Origin: an uncultured virus (IMG/VR IMGVR_UViG_3300044634_001040)
Lineage: Duplodnaviria > Heunggongvirae > Uroviricota > Caudoviricetes
DNA length: 64,000 nt
Direction: 5' to 3' (one strand)
Virus record (IMG/VR): IMGVR_UViG_3300044634_001040
Positions 28,201 through 38,653 of the stretch are shown here, one piece after another (the stretch's first letter is position 1; every line of letters begins with the position of its first letter). The notes under the pieces were generated by a model. It made no database searches. It was not told the DNA's origin and worked only from the letters and a program-made list of their open reading frames with translations. The position numbers were made by a program, and so were the translations under genes.

Positions 28201-29223
28201 ATGGCAAAAACCGGTATAAGTCAGGTCACTACTTCGGACACGTTTCAACAATGGTTGGATAGGACCAACGACTTAGTAGATATAGTGAGTTCCGATGCTA
28301 TGACGGCCTCAGCATTAGGCGATACCACAACTGGTAATTCGACTCTGATTGGATCGTTCACTGCAAATACTGTGATTGCATTTAATACTTTGCGCGCTAA
28401 TACCTTATCTCCTAAAGTAGGATCGTCAGCAATAGAAGTTACGTCACCTGTAACAATTAATACACCAACACAAACGATTCAAACTCTTATAAGCACGAAC
28501 GCACCTAGAGTGAATTATTCAAATGCTTCCGTGATATGGCAAGTTGGCTTTGAGTCAAACGCAAACACCAGTTTTATAGTTGACACTGGATCGGGAACTA
28601 GAAAACTTTCTGTATCTCCATCTGGCGATCTTACTATTGCAGGAAATATGAATGTTGGAAACAATCTTGTTGTTGATAATAACCTTACTGTAACTGGAAC
28701 GATAACTGGAAATATTTCTGGTGCAGTGACTGGAAATATAACTGGAAACGCAGCCACAGTCACAAACGGTGTATACACGATTGGCAACCAATCAATTGCT
28801 GGCATTAAGACATTTACTAATAACACACCGAGTACTAGTAGGACGACTGGTTCTGTCGTCATCACGGGCGGTCTAGGTGTAAGCGGAGCTATTAACGCAG
28901 GTGGCGAGATCACGGCTTTTGCTACTTCTGATAGAGAATTGAAAACAAATGTAGAAAATATTACAGACGCTCTATCAAAGATTGAAAAACTGAATGGTGT
29001 TACTTTTAATTGGAATGACTTAGCTAAAGAAGTTGAGAGTAAAGATACTAGTGTTAAAGAAGTTGGTGTCATCGCTCAAGAAGTAAACCAAGTATTACCG
29101 GAAGTCGTAACAACTCGAGAAAACGGATACATGGCTGTTCGTTATGAAAAATTAGTACCGCTATTAATCGAAGCGATTAAAGAACTTCACGAAGAAATAA
29201 AAACTTTGAAGAATGGTAGTTAA
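28201..29223 (+). CDS. Tail fibre with C-terminal intramolecular chaperone (peptidase S74)
   Basis: TSDTFQQW...TN N-terminus; SDRELK...GVTFNW...VGVIAQEV..VLPEVV...PLLIEAIKEL. Confidence 0.88.
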   Translation: MAKTGISQVTTSDTFQQWLDRTNDLVDIVSSDAMTASALGDTTTGNSTLIGSFTANTVIAFNTLRANTLSPKVGSSAIEVTSPVTINTPTQTIQTLISTNAPRVNYSNASVIWQVGFESNANTSFIVDTGSGTRKLSVSPSGDLTIAGNMNVGNNLVVDNNLTVTGTITGNISGAVTGNITGNAATVTNGVYTIGNQSIAGIKTFTNNTPSTSRTTGSVVITGGLGVSGAINAGGEITAFATSDRELKTNVENITDALSKIEKLNGVTFNWNDLAKEVESKDTSVKEVGVIAQEVNQVLPEVVTTRENGYMAVRYEKLVPLLIEAIKELHEEIKTLKNGS

Positions 29224-29263
29224 AACTCTTTGTTCTCTAAATATCATGTTGGTATTTCTTCGA

Positions 29264-29271
29264 TATAAATA
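29264..29271 (+). promoter_or_regulatory. T4-type late promoter
   Basis: Intergenic TATAAATA 25 bp before the ATG at 29296. Confidence 0.85.
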
Positions 29272-29295
29272 AAAGAAAAAGGGATCTCGACAACC

Positions 29296-31860
29296 ATGTC
29301 TAAAATATCCGAACTTGGTAAAATTACCGGCGGTAATACAAAATCCAGAGACTTGTTTGTAACTGTCAGCCTCGATCAGGGCGACGACGGCACGAAGAAT
29401 ATTACTCGTGCCGAACTAGTAAAAGCTATTCAGCAAGAAGTTTTTACTAATATAAAGATTAATGGCGGCGATTATATTCAAAACATCCCGCTTACAAACG
29501 TAACGATTACGGGCTCGGTCATCAACACTTCTACGATGAACAACTCGACTATCAATACGTCGGTGTTGAATAACTCGGATATTAATAACTCTGACATAGA
29601 CGAATCCGATATCACGAACTCTACGATGGAATCATCCGTCATTAACATTTCAACTATGAATGCGTCGTTTATTAACGCATCGATACTAACAGACGTTATC
29701 ATAGACGATTCAACTATAAACGACGCAATTATAAATGATTCCACTATAAACGACGGGATCATAAATGACTCAACAATAAACGACCCGAACATTAACGTTG
29801 ATGAAGCATTTGCTCCTGACATATCAAATACGGATTACTTCTATCTTAAGGACGTTTCTTTAGGCAGAACTGTCGCGATCTCTTACGAGGATCTATACAA
29901 AGAGATATCTAAAACCGCAAAGAAAGCAAACAAAGTATACGTCGGTGTTGATGGAGATGATACGAACCCAGGAAGTTATCTAAAGCCAGTTGCAACTCTC
30001 GCGCGGGCATTCGAACTTGCACAAGAAGCTGCGGCCGGTGGTATACCTTCTGGTTATCCTGGAGATAACAGCCCAGGCATCCCAACGGCGATTACCGTTT
30101 TTCCTGGCGACTATTACACAAACGGAAACCTTTCTCTTCCGGATCGTTGCACGATGGTGTCGACAAACGGACAGTATGCAACTCGTATCATTCAGAACCC
30201 TGGATACGAAAGAGAAAACGTCATACTCATAGGATCTGGCTGCTATGTTCAAGGTTTTTCTTTCTTTAATAATATTGTTGATAACTTTGACTATCCGTCT
30301 AAAGGGTTCGCTTTTTCGTTCCGCCCTGGTGCTAAAATCATTCGTTCGCCATATTTAAGAGACTGCAGTCAGATAGCGAACTACTTTGGAAGAGAGATCC
30401 CTCCTCTATTAAATCCATTCAACAGCCGTGGTACAATTGAGGATCTAGGATACGAGGTAGAAGTTACCGGAGTTACCGGAACTTGGGAAGTTGACGACCT
30501 AGTTACGGCTAACAACGGCGTAACAGGATATGTGTCAAGAGTCACCGAGATTGGATCTGGAACGATATACATCAGAAACAATAGCGATGATCTTGAAGTT
30601 GGGTCACTCATTACATCTTCATCCGGCGGAACGGCTATCATTGATGCAGTTCTAGAAGAAGACTATCCTAACAAAGAAGTAGGAAGAGGTGGGGGGACTG
30701 TACTCGCAGACCGAGCATTAGTCGACCAAGACTCAATCTTCCCATACATACTTTGCTTTGGTGTTACACCTAGAACTCAGAATGGTTTGGGTTATGTTGC
30801 GAAGAATGGCGCAGGTATTAATGGCATCAGCTCTCTTTCCATCTTCTCGCGCTGTGCGTTCTATTCTCTAAACGGCGGTCAGATTACTCTAAACAACTCT
30901 GGTACTCAGTTCGGCGACATATCTATGCGCGCGAAGGGATCTACTCCGGTCCAAAACCCTAGATTAACGACCGCTACTCTTGTAGAGAACGACGGTCTTG
31001 CAGATGAAATACTCGCAGGCGCAAACACAATCATAGACGACATGTGGGACTATCTAACGATCACTGAAGGGTATTCTGCAAACACTGTAAACGAAGAACT
31101 TACTCGTAGAGATGCTCTAAACTTTATACGTTCTATCACAAACGATTTTCGTGAAGGTACACAAACAGGAACTCGTATATTTACAGCTGGCCTCTTTAAT
31201 TATGAAGGAAGACATGTATTCTCGGTGTTTAATCCAAACACCGATGGCTTAAGATACATAGGAAGCGTAGCTACTGTTGGAGCTCTACCTAGTGGAGTTA
31301 CGGTAGAAGTAAATGATGCGTATGTTGTATATACCAGTGTATCAAATATCTATGACGGAGACGTCTACTACTGGGATGGATCTGCGTGGACTAACGACGG
31401 GCCAAATGATATAACTCTTCTTAACGCCTTTACAGATTCGTTTACTCATATGGGTGACTATATTAAGATAAACTTTACACTAACCGCCACAGAAGAAAAT
31501 ATGGTTGACGGTCTTGTAGATGACGTCCTCATAGCAAGCTTAAGAAATCCTCGCATTCTTCGTTTCGGTAGCCTCGTAGAGAGTCTCTCACACCAGTTTA
31601 ACCTCGCAAGTGCAGGCGTTAACGTTAACGCGCTTCCACTTAACTTCAGAAGACTTGGCCAGCCTATATCAGCCGCTGCATCTGTTCTTCAAGAAGATGG
31701 TGGAAGAGTACGTTGGTCTGGAGCCGACGAACTAAATAACCAGTACTTCGCTAGAGGTCTTAAAATTAACGGTCGTACCGGAAGAATTGAAGGAAGGCCA
31801 TTCACATCATCTGTTAGAAAACTAGCTCGTAGAGCTTCGCAAAGTAGGGCATCAATATGA
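29296..31860 (+). CDS. Virion structural protein with pentapeptide-like repeats and beta-helix-like domain (cassette 1, gene A)
   Basis: MSKISEL start; VYV..DGDD.NPG...P..T..A motif; clear paralogy to 49230-50849. Confidence 0.7.
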   Translation: MSKISELGKITGGNTKSRDLFVTVSLDQGDDGTKNITRAELVKAIQQEVFTNIKINGGDYIQNIPLTNVTITGSVINTSTMNNSTINTSVLNNSDINNSDIDESDITNSTMESSVINISTMNASFINASILTDVIIDDSTINDAIINDSTINDGIINDSTINDPNINVDEAFAPDISNTDYFYLKDVSLGRTVAISYEDLYKEISKTAKKANKVYVGVDGDDTNPGSYLKPVATLARAFELAQEAAAGGIPSGYPGDNSPGIPTAITVFPGDYYTNGNLSLPDRCTMVSTNGQYATRIIQNPGYERENVILIGSGCYVQGFSFFNNIVDNFDYPSKGFAFSFRPGAKIIRSPYLRDCSQIANYFGREIPPLLNPFNSRGTIEDLGYEVEVTGVTGTWEVDDLVTANNGVTGYVSRVTEIGSGTIYIRNNSDDLEVGSLITSSSGGTAIIDAVLEEDYPNKEVGRGGGTVLADRALVDQDSIFPYILCFGVTPRTQNGLGYVAKNGAGINGISSLSIFSRCAFYSLNGGQITLNNSGTQFGDISMRAKGSTPVQNPRLTTATLVENDGLADEILAGANTIIDDMWDYLTITEGYSANTVNEELTRRDALNFIRSITNDFREGTQTGTRIFTAGLFNYEGRHVFSVFNPNTDGLRYIGSVATVGALPSGVTVEVNDAYVVYTSVSNIYDGDVYYWDGSAWTNDGPNDITLLNAFTDSFTHMGDYIKINFTLTATEENMVDGLVDDVLIASLRNPRILRFGSLVESLSHQFNLASAGVNVNALPLNFRRLGQPISAAASVLQEDGGRVRWSGADELNNQYFARGLKINGRTGRIEGRPFTSSVRKLARRASQSRASI
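29500..29800 (+). repeat. About 20 tandem pentapeptide (15-bp) degenerate repeats, consensus I-N-[N/D]-S-[T/x]
   Basis: INTST MNNST INTSV LNNSD INNSD ... INDST INDGI INDST. Confidence 0.85.
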
Positions 31861-32282
31861 CATATAGCATAGTTACAACAAGCCAAGCGCCTGACGCAAA
31901 GCCAATTGGTCTAAGCGTAACCTTAACTGACGACTGGGAGACTATTATTGAAGTTCCTAGTTTTGAAGTACCCGAATTAGTATTCGGCGGCGACACCGTC
32001 GTCGTTCCCGGGGTGGCAGAAATTATCAGTCCAATGATTATCACTAATATTGATGTTCAGACTGTAGATGTAAGCGTAAGAATATACAGAGCAAGTTCTA
32101 ACACGTCATTCATAATAGCTAACGAACTACCAGTTCCTGCGTTTGATGTTCTTCCACTTCCATTAAACGGTCAGTTCATATACACTGGAGACACGGTTGA
32201 TGTAAAAGCATCTATAAATGGGTCAGTAAATGTAACAATATCCTACACAATAGGACAAGCGGAGCAGGATGATGTCGCTTAA
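31857..32282 (+). CDS. Small structural/adaptor protein (cassette 1, gene B)
   Basis: Paralog of 50852-51319 (KP...E.P.F.VP; VP..D...P..G); ATGA-coupled to gene A. Confidence 0.7.
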   Translation: MTYSIVTTSQAPDAKPIGLSVTLTDDWETIIEVPSFEVPELVFGGDTVVVPGVAEIISPMIITNIDVQTVDVSVRIYRASSNTSFIIANELPVPAFDVLPLPLNGQFIYTGDTVDVKASINGSVNVTISYTIGQAEQDDVA

Positions 32283-35241
32283 GACAGTAAGAGGAAGAAC
32301 ACCTATAATAGGACCCGGTATTAGGCAGTCCTACCCTATCGCTCTAGATCCTGGTGTATACGAAGGCTCGATTGTTTATGCAAACACAGATTCTTCAAAC
32401 ACTAGTATTATGTACTATTCTGATGGTTCTGATTGGATAGAAATCGGGATATCAGTCCAGGGTCTTCAAGGTCCACAAGGTCCACAAGGAGTACAAGGTG
32501 TACAAGGTAACTTTGGCCCTGCGATTAAAATCATCGGTGAGGTCGCAGATGTAAATGCTAACACCAACCCAGACGGCCTTCTTTCAGCTTTCTTTCCATC
32601 AGCGCTAGTTGGCGATACGGTTGTTGACCAGGCATTAGATGAACTATGGGCTTATATCGGAAATGACGATTGGTTAAACCTCGGCCCGTTTAGAGGTACA
32701 CAGGGTATTCAGGGACCGCAGGGACCGCAAGGAGTTCAGGGTAACCAAGGTAACCAAGGTCGTCAGGGTAACCAAGGTACACAGGGTACTCAAGGTAGAC
32801 AAGGCGGGCAAGGTTTACAAGGCGAAACTGGAACTCAGGGTACTCAAGGTAGACAAGGAACCCAAGGTACTCAAGGTCGGCAGGGTACTCAAGGATCGCA
32901 AGGTCTGCAGGGTATTCAGGGTGTAGGTGCAACTGGTGCTGCTGGCTCACAAGGTGTTCAAGGTATTCAGGGTTCTTTAGGCAATCAGGGTATTCAAGGA
33001 CCGCAAGGGACACAAGGCACCCAGGGATCACAGGGTATTCAAGGTCTTCAGGGTACACAGGGTCGTCAAGGAACTCAAGGAACTCAAGGTCTTCAGGGTA
33101 CACAAGGAACTCAAGGTCTTCAGGGTATTCAAGGTACTCAGGGTATACAAGGACTGCAGGGAACACAGGGACGTCAAGGTATACAAGGTCTTATCGGTCC
33201 ATCCATTAATCTTATCGGTTCTGTTGCAGACGTAAACGTAGCTCCGCCTAACAATCCACAGACTACTCTAAACGCAGCATTTCCAAGCGCAACTGCCGGA
33301 GATGCAGTTATAGACGAGTTGGAAGGAGATGTTTGGGCGTATAACGGAACTACGTGGACAAACGGAGGCCAGATCAAAGGTCCTCAGGGTACGCAAGGTC
33401 GTCAAGGGACACAGGGAACTCAAGGAACTCAAGGTCTTCAGGGTATACAGGGAACACAAGGAAGACAAGGTACTCAAGGTATCCAAGGTCTTCAAGGTAT
33501 ACAGGGAAGCCAAGGTAGACAAGGTATACAAGGTATACAGGGAATTGGAACCCAAGGTTTACAAGGACAGGCCGGCGCAGCCGCCAATCAAGGTATTCAA
33601 GGTACGCTTGGTATCCAAGGCGCTCAAGGAATTAGCATTCAAGGTGCGACTGGCGCTGCTGCTTCTCAAGGTCTTCAAGGTTTGCAAGGAACTTTTGGTA
33701 ATCAAGGTCTTGCCGGACAGGCAGCTGCGCAAGGTATCCAAGGTCGAACTGGAACACAAGGATTCCAGGGCCTTCAAGGTAGACTTGGAAACCAAGGCAT
33801 TGAAGGAGCCGCGGCTGCTCAAGGTATTCAAGGCACGCAAGGTCTTCAAGGTAGACTTGGAAACCAAGGCATTGAAGGAGCTGTGGCTGCTCAAGGTATT
33901 CAAGGTAGGCAAGGCGGGCAAGGCATTTCTGGAACCGGCACTCAGGGAAATCAAGGTATTGCAGGTGTAGTCGCCGCTCAAGGTTTCCAGGGTAGGCAAG
34001 GTACAACGGGTGGCCAAGGACTACAGGGTCTTGTAGGAACAGGCGCAACTGGTGCTAGCGGCGATCAAGGTATTCAAGGTACGCAAGGGTTCCAGGGAAG
34101 ACAGGGTACGCAAGGGTTCCAGGGTATTGCTGGATCGGGTGCAACTGGTGCAACTGGTTCACAAGGTATTCAAGGTACGTTTGGTATCCAAGGTCTTAGC
34201 GGCTCAGCTACATTCCAAGGTTTCCAAGGTAACCAGGGTACTCAAGGTATTGCTGGAACCGGTAATCAGGGTATCCAAGGTCTTACTGGTGCTGCCGCAG
34301 CGCAAGGTTTCCAGGGAAGACAGGGCGTCCAAGGTATACCTGGAGAAGGTAACCAAGGTTTCCAAGGTACTGCCGGTACTGTCCAAGGTTTCCAAGGTAG
34401 ACAAGGTACACAAGGCATTAGCGGAGCTGGTAGTCAAGGTATTCAAGGTCTCAATGGTGGTGCAGTTGCTCAAGGCTTCCAAGGAAGCCAAGGTATTCAA
34501 GGTCAAGACGGTGGAGCAGTAGCGCAAGGCTTCCAAGGTCGTCAAGGTACTCAAGGCATTCAAGGTACTCTAGGTACACAGGGTACAACAGGGTCTGGCT
34601 CTCAAGGATTAACCGGAACAACTGGCGGACAAGGGCTTCAGGGTATTCAAGGGAGACAAGGTACAACAGGATCCGGTTCTCAAGGATTGACCGGAACAGC
34701 GGGTAGTACTGGTGTACAAGGTACCGCGGGTGTTCTAGGATCGAACGGATTGAACGGTTCGCAAGGCATTCAAGGTAGACAAGGAACTACTGGTACACAA
34801 GGCTTGGCCGGACCATCTAGCACAATCAATGCAGCAGACTCGACGTCTTCTACGGTTCACTACCCAGTCTTTGTTGCCGGTTCTGGAAGCGACCAAACAG
34901 CAAGAGTAAGAACTACAGCCACAGCGTTCTCATTCCAACCATCAACCGGAAACCTAGCCGTCGGTGGAAACGTAACAGCTTATTCTGATGAAAGACTTAA
35001 GACGAATATTCGCACAATCGATAGCGCTCTTGAAAAAGTTGATCTAATGAGAGGTGTGTATTTCGAAAGAGACGGAAAGCAGAACGTAGGTGTGATCGCG
35101 CAGGAAGTTGAAAAGATACTCCCAGAAGTAGTTCATGACATAGGTGAATATAAATCAGTAGCGTATGGTAACATAACAGCCGTTCTTATTGAAGCTGTAA
35201 AGGAGCTATCTGCTCGTCTAGACGAAGTTGAGAAAAAGTAG
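32269..35241 (+). CDS. Collagen-like (Gly-X-Gln) fibre with S74 chaperone domain (cassette 1, gene C)
   Basis: Roughly 200 QGxQGx triplets, two paralogous knob domains, C-terminal YSDERLK...GVIAQEV. Confidence 0.9.
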   Translation: MMSLKTVRGRTPIIGPGIRQSYPIALDPGVYEGSIVYANTDSSNTSIMYYSDGSDWIEIGISVQGLQGPQGPQGVQGVQGNFGPAIKIIGEVADVNANTNPDGLLSAFFPSALVGDTVVDQALDELWAYIGNDDWLNLGPFRGTQGIQGPQGPQGVQGNQGNQGRQGNQGTQGTQGRQGGQGLQGETGTQGTQGRQGTQGTQGRQGTQGSQGLQGIQGVGATGAAGSQGVQGIQGSLGNQGIQGPQGTQGTQGSQGIQGLQGTQGRQGTQGTQGLQGTQGTQGLQGIQGTQGIQGLQGTQGRQGIQGLIGPSINLIGSVADVNVAPPNNPQTTLNAAFPSATAGDAVIDELEGDVWAYNGTTWTNGGQIKGPQGTQGRQGTQGTQGTQGLQGIQGTQGRQGTQGIQGLQGIQGSQGRQGIQGIQGIGTQGLQGQAGAAANQGIQGTLGIQGAQGISIQGATGAAASQGLQGLQGTFGNQGLAGQAAAQGIQGRTGTQGFQGLQGRLGNQGIEGAAAAQGIQGTQGLQGRLGNQGIEGAVAAQGIQGRQGGQGISGTGTQGNQGIAGVVAAQGFQGRQGTTGGQGLQGLVGTGATGASGDQGIQGTQGFQGRQGTQGFQGIAGSGATGATGSQGIQGTFGIQGLSGSATFQGFQGNQGTQGIAGTGNQGIQGLTGAAAAQGFQGRQGVQGIPGEGNQGFQGTAGTVQGFQGRQGTQGISGAGSQGIQGLNGGAVAQGFQGSQGIQGQDGGAVAQGFQGRQGTQGIQGTLGTQGTTGSGSQGLTGTTGGQGLQGIQGRQGTTGSGSQGLTGTAGSTGVQGTAGVLGSNGLNGSQGIQGRQGTTGTQGLAGPSSTINAADSTSSTVHYPVFVAGSGSDQTARVRTTATAFSFQPSTGNLAVGGNVTAYSDERLKTNIRTIDSALEKVDLMRGVYFERDGKQNVGVIAQEVEKILPEVVHDIGEYKSVAYGNITAVLIEAVKELSARLDEVEKK
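32455..34815 (+). repeat. 9-bp-period collagen-like coding repeats (CAAGGTxxx / CAGGGTxxx)
   Basis: Directly visible; interrupted by a knob domain at ~32515-32690 and another at ~33200-33378. Confidence 0.95.
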
Positions 35242-35253
35242 ACTTATTGAATT

Positions 35254-36426
35254 GTGATAAATTTATTTCGCGATATTCCTTCTTCAAAACCAAACTTCTA
35301 CTTTCTCGCGAACGGATCTAAGTTTTATAATAACGTAGAAGCATTTTCAGAAGCAAGTAAGAGAAGAGACTCTAGGATAGAGTTTGTTCTTGACTATGAC
35401 GTGTATCGTAATCCGCAGGCATGGAGAGTAGAACCTCTTCTTGAATCTAAAGACTATTTCAGGAAGCACGCAAGAATCCTTGCGGAAAAGTATGATGACA
35501 TTACGATTCACTACAGTGGAGGAACTGATAGTCATACAATACTCGATGCATTTATAGATGAAGGTATAAGAAATGTTAAACTTTGGCATAGAGCCGGGTT
35601 TGGTTTCGAAGATTTTAATCCAAAAATAAAACTCTTTGGACAGATTCGTGATACTCTTATGAGTAAATACAGCGAGAAGTTAAAGCAACTCAACTACACG
35701 GTAGAAGGTTTAGACAAACCGAATTATCTTGCACCAAACGACCCGGCAGAATGGAGACTTGCTCTTGAGAATTTCGTAGGTGATTATCGTACTATGGTTA
35801 AGTTACCGGAATCTATAGGCCAATATCACTCAAGACACAAGAGAGTGAATAAGACTAAACCGCGATCTTGTATGATATGGGGATTAGAAAAACCTCGTGT
35901 AACTTTGGTAAACGGAGATTGGTTTTGGGCTACTAATTCTGGAATGTGGTGGCAATATGATACTCCATCATCTAATGACTACGATACAATCTTCTTTTTC
36001 TCTACTGACGACGTCCCAGAAATACAGATAAAGCTCGCGTGGCTTAAGATATCAGCGATTGAAAGTATTGTCAAGGCACGTGGAAATATTAGTAAGAGCG
36101 AAGCAGAAAAACTTGTGAGTGAAGTTCAACACTTTTCTAGTTCTTACTATACACTTATAAATGAATCAATGGGATATAAAGCCTTGAGTCATGTATTGAA
36201 TGGAAATTATTGGAGAGCGAGTCCAGATTATTCCGGATGGTTAAAACATCTTCATTTAAAAAGAGAAAAGATTGGAATTATTCGAGAAACTCAGCATTTC
36301 TTTGAAGAAGAAATATCTAGAAGAGTTGACGCAAGATACATAGATGAAGAAAATAAAACATTAAATTCGATTCCTTCTAGGTCCATATACATAAGAAAAT
36401 CCACTTTAGAGTTAAGAGATAGTTGA
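35254..36426 (+). CDS. PP-loop (adenine nucleotide alpha-hydrolase-like) protein
   Basis: IHYSGGTDSHTIL = SGGxDS motif; IWG.EKP motif; GTG start. Confidence 0.65.
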   Translation: MINLFRDIPSSKPNFYFLANGSKFYNNVEAFSEASKRRDSRIEFVLDYDVYRNPQAWRVEPLLESKDYFRKHARILAEKYDDITIHYSGGTDSHTILDAFIDEGIRNVKLWHRAGFGFEDFNPKIKLFGQIRDTLMSKYSEKLKQLNYTVEGLDKPNYLAPNDPAEWRLALENFVGDYRTMVKLPESIGQYHSRHKRVNKTKPRSCMIWGLEKPRVTLVNGDWFWATNSGMWWQYDTPSSNDYDTIFFFSTDDVPEIQIKLAWLKISAIESIVKARGNISKSEAEKLVSEVQHFSSSYYTLINESMGYKALSHVLNGNYWRASPDYSGWLKHLHLKREKIGIIRETQHFFEEEISRRVDARYIDEENKTLNSIPSRSIYIRKSTLELRDS

Positions 36427-36427
36427 A

Positions 36428-37759
36428 ATGATAGAAATGGTTGTTTCTTTTCTTGTTGCGACCTTCTTTGGCGTCTTGTCCGGATTGATACCAGGAGTGT
36501 CCGTGTTTGTGACGCTGTCTCTAATGTATCCGTTTCTAATGGGAATTGACCCAGCAAACGCGTTAGCAGTATATGTAGTAGTTGCAAGCCTGAGCCAATA
36601 CTTTGGATCTGTGTCAGCAACTATCTTTGCTGTCCCTGGTTCTATGACATCCATTCCTTCGTTAATCGAAGGTCACGAATTGTTTCGTCGTGGAGATGGT
36701 GATAGGGCAATAATGTATGCAGCGATAGGAAGCTTCATAGGATCTCTTCTCTCTATCATGGTGTCGTACATCTTTATTCAGTATAGTTACTATATGTTCT
36801 CTATGTTTGATACGCGCATAAAAATGCTGCTTACTTTTCTGTGTCTAATAGCATTTATAGTAGTGAGTAAGAATAAGTACTGGATCAGTTGCGCATTTAT
36901 AATCTTGGGTTTTATCTTAGCGCACGTCGGGATGGATAAAAATACAAACACCGCATTTCTTACATTTGGTAACAATTATCTGTTAAGCGGGCTTCCTACA
37001 ATCAGTGTCGTCTTAGGAATATACGTAATACCGTATATCCTAGATCAACTTGAAGTAGGCTCAAGAAAGATAGTGATGAATAAGTTGCAACTTTCAGGTT
37101 ATGTTGTGTCGTTTAAGAATATGTTACAACATTGGGGAGTTGTAGTTCGTGGATTCTTGATAGGTTATGTATCCGGGTTTATACCAGGAGTTACGTATCA
37201 TCTTGGAACAACACTTGCGTATCTACTCGAAAAAAGAATAAAAAAGAAACAAAACAAGTATCAGGTTGGTGATATAGACTGTCTTGTTGCGGCCGAGACT
37301 GCAAACAACGCAGGTGTTTTTTCACAAATAATTCCTTTATTTCTCGTAGGTCTTCCAATTACTAGTACACAATCTTTTATATATAGTATAGTCGAGAGTA
37401 AAGGAATACATATAACAACAAACTTCTTCTATCACATGCTTCCTTATATGATGGTTGTCTATATGCTTAGCGCGATTATCGGCGTATTCATAGCAGGAAA
37501 GTATGTAAATTGGATAAGAGTTTTTTCAAGGATAGACTTTAGATACATATATATCTTTATTATTGCGATGCTCTTTGTCGTCGCGTATATTACTGGATCT
37601 ATGTATGGTCAGTCCGTGTACTATGTAGTACTTCTTATAGCTTTGATACCAATTGGTTATCTGCTCAAGAGTTACGATAGAACACCAATAGTCTTTGCAT
37701 TTCTGCTTCACGACATGCTGTACTACAGCATAATGACATTCAACGCTCTATACTTATGA
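36428..37759 (+). CDS. Tripartite tricarboxylate transporter TctA-like membrane protein
   Basis: G..SGLIPG, SQYFGSVSA.IF.VPG, repeated G.VSGFIPG, AAETANNA, many hydrophobic segments. Confidence 0.82.
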   Translation: MIEMVVSFLVATFFGVLSGLIPGVSVFVTLSLMYPFLMGIDPANALAVYVVVASLSQYFGSVSATIFAVPGSMTSIPSLIEGHELFRRGDGDRAIMYAAIGSFIGSLLSIMVSYIFIQYSYYMFSMFDTRIKMLLTFLCLIAFIVVSKNKYWISCAFIILGFILAHVGMDKNTNTAFLTFGNNYLLSGLPTISVVLGIYVIPYILDQLEVGSRKIVMNKLQLSGYVVSFKNMLQHWGVVVRGFLIGYVSGFIPGVTYHLGTTLAYLLEKRIKKKQNKYQVGDIDCLVAAETANNAGVFSQIIPLFLVGLPITSTQSFIYSIVESKGIHITTNFFYHMLPYMMVVYMLSAIIGVFIAGKYVNWIRVFSRIDFRYIYIFIIAMLFVVAYITGSMYGQSVYYVVLLIALIPIGYLLKSYDRTPIVFAFLLHDMLYYSIMTFNALYL

Positions 37760-37767
37760 GGTAAAAT

Positions 37768-38595
37768 ATGATTAAATACATCACAGCGCTCTTTATGATG
37801 ATTTCTACACCGCTCTACGCAAACGAATTAGTTCGCATCATAAATCCATACAATCCAACCGGAGCTGCCTTTAAACTAGGAAACTATCTACACGAGTCAA
37901 ACCCTTCTCTTTTTGGAAGTGTAGAAAAAGTAGAGTCCTGTGCCACAGCAGCAAGCATTCTTAAAACTGAGACTAACCCAACCATAGTAATATGGCAGCC
38001 AATTGCAGAACCTTTTTCAGCAAGTGAAGAATGTAAGGAAACACTCACAAAAGATAATTTTATCACTGTTCACATCTCTTCGTATAACTATATCTGCACA
38101 AAGAAAGATTCCGGTAAAGATCTCGAATACTTTATAAACGGAAACGCAAAGATAGGTTATGCTATTGATTTTCTATACAAGTTATCTTTAGAAAATAATG
38201 TAAAAGCAGTACAGAGTAATGCTACGATCATTCCGTATAAGAGCGCGAATGAATATATGGCAGCTTTTGAAATAGACGAGATAGACTTTGTCTATACGAC
38301 CAAGCCAAGCGATATTATGAGCTGCGTGCTGACTACAGATCCAAACAGCACTGAAATTACACCGCTAGTTAATTACAGTGATGACGTCTTCTCTACAGCC
38401 GGTATGAAGTTCGCATTCCTTGGAGTAAATGTTGATCTAGAAGAGATGAAGCAGGTTTTAAACGATTCTACCTCTTCAGATTCTTGGAAAGAAATGTTTA
38501 ACACATATAGTCGTGAGCTTTCATTACTCGATAGAGAAGCACAGCTCGAAGCTATACAGAAAGAAGTGTCTGCCTACCAAAGTCAGGTGCAGTAA
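37768..38595 (+). CDS. Secreted solute-binding protein (TctC/Bug-like, divergent)
   Basis: Signal peptide ending LYA; IINPYNPTG and IIPYKS...EIDF resemble Bug-family motifs; adjacent to tctA-like gene. Confidence 0.55.
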   Translation: MIKYITALFMMISTPLYANELVRIINPYNPTGAAFKLGNYLHESNPSLFGSVEKVESCATAASILKTETNPTIVIWQPIAEPFSASEECKETLTKDNFITVHISSYNYICTKKDSGKDLEYFINGNAKIGYAIDFLYKLSLENNVKAVQSNATIIPYKSANEYMAAFEIDEIDFVYTTKPSDIMSCVLTTDPNSTEITPLVNYSDDVFSTAGMKFAFLGVNVDLEEMKQVLNDSTSSDSWKEMFNTYSRELSLLDREAQLEAIQKEVSAYQSQVQ

Positions 38596-38605
38596 TCATA
38601 TAGAA

Positions 38606-38630
38606 AAGAAGCGGGCATTGCCCGCTTCTT
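38606..38630. terminator. Perfect inverted repeat, terminator-like hairpin
   Basis: AAGAAGCGGGC-ATT-GCCCGCTTCTT right after the transporter cassette. Confidence 0.65.
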
Positions 38631-38653
38631 CATACAATGAAAAGGAATACATT

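Noticed and set aside
32690..34666. Overlapping ORFs within the first collagen fibre
   Set aside because: Same repeat artefact.
38513..38653. N-terminal extension of the RmlB ORF in the track
   Set aside because: It crosses a terminator-like hairpin; the RBS and Rossmann motif support a start at 38654.
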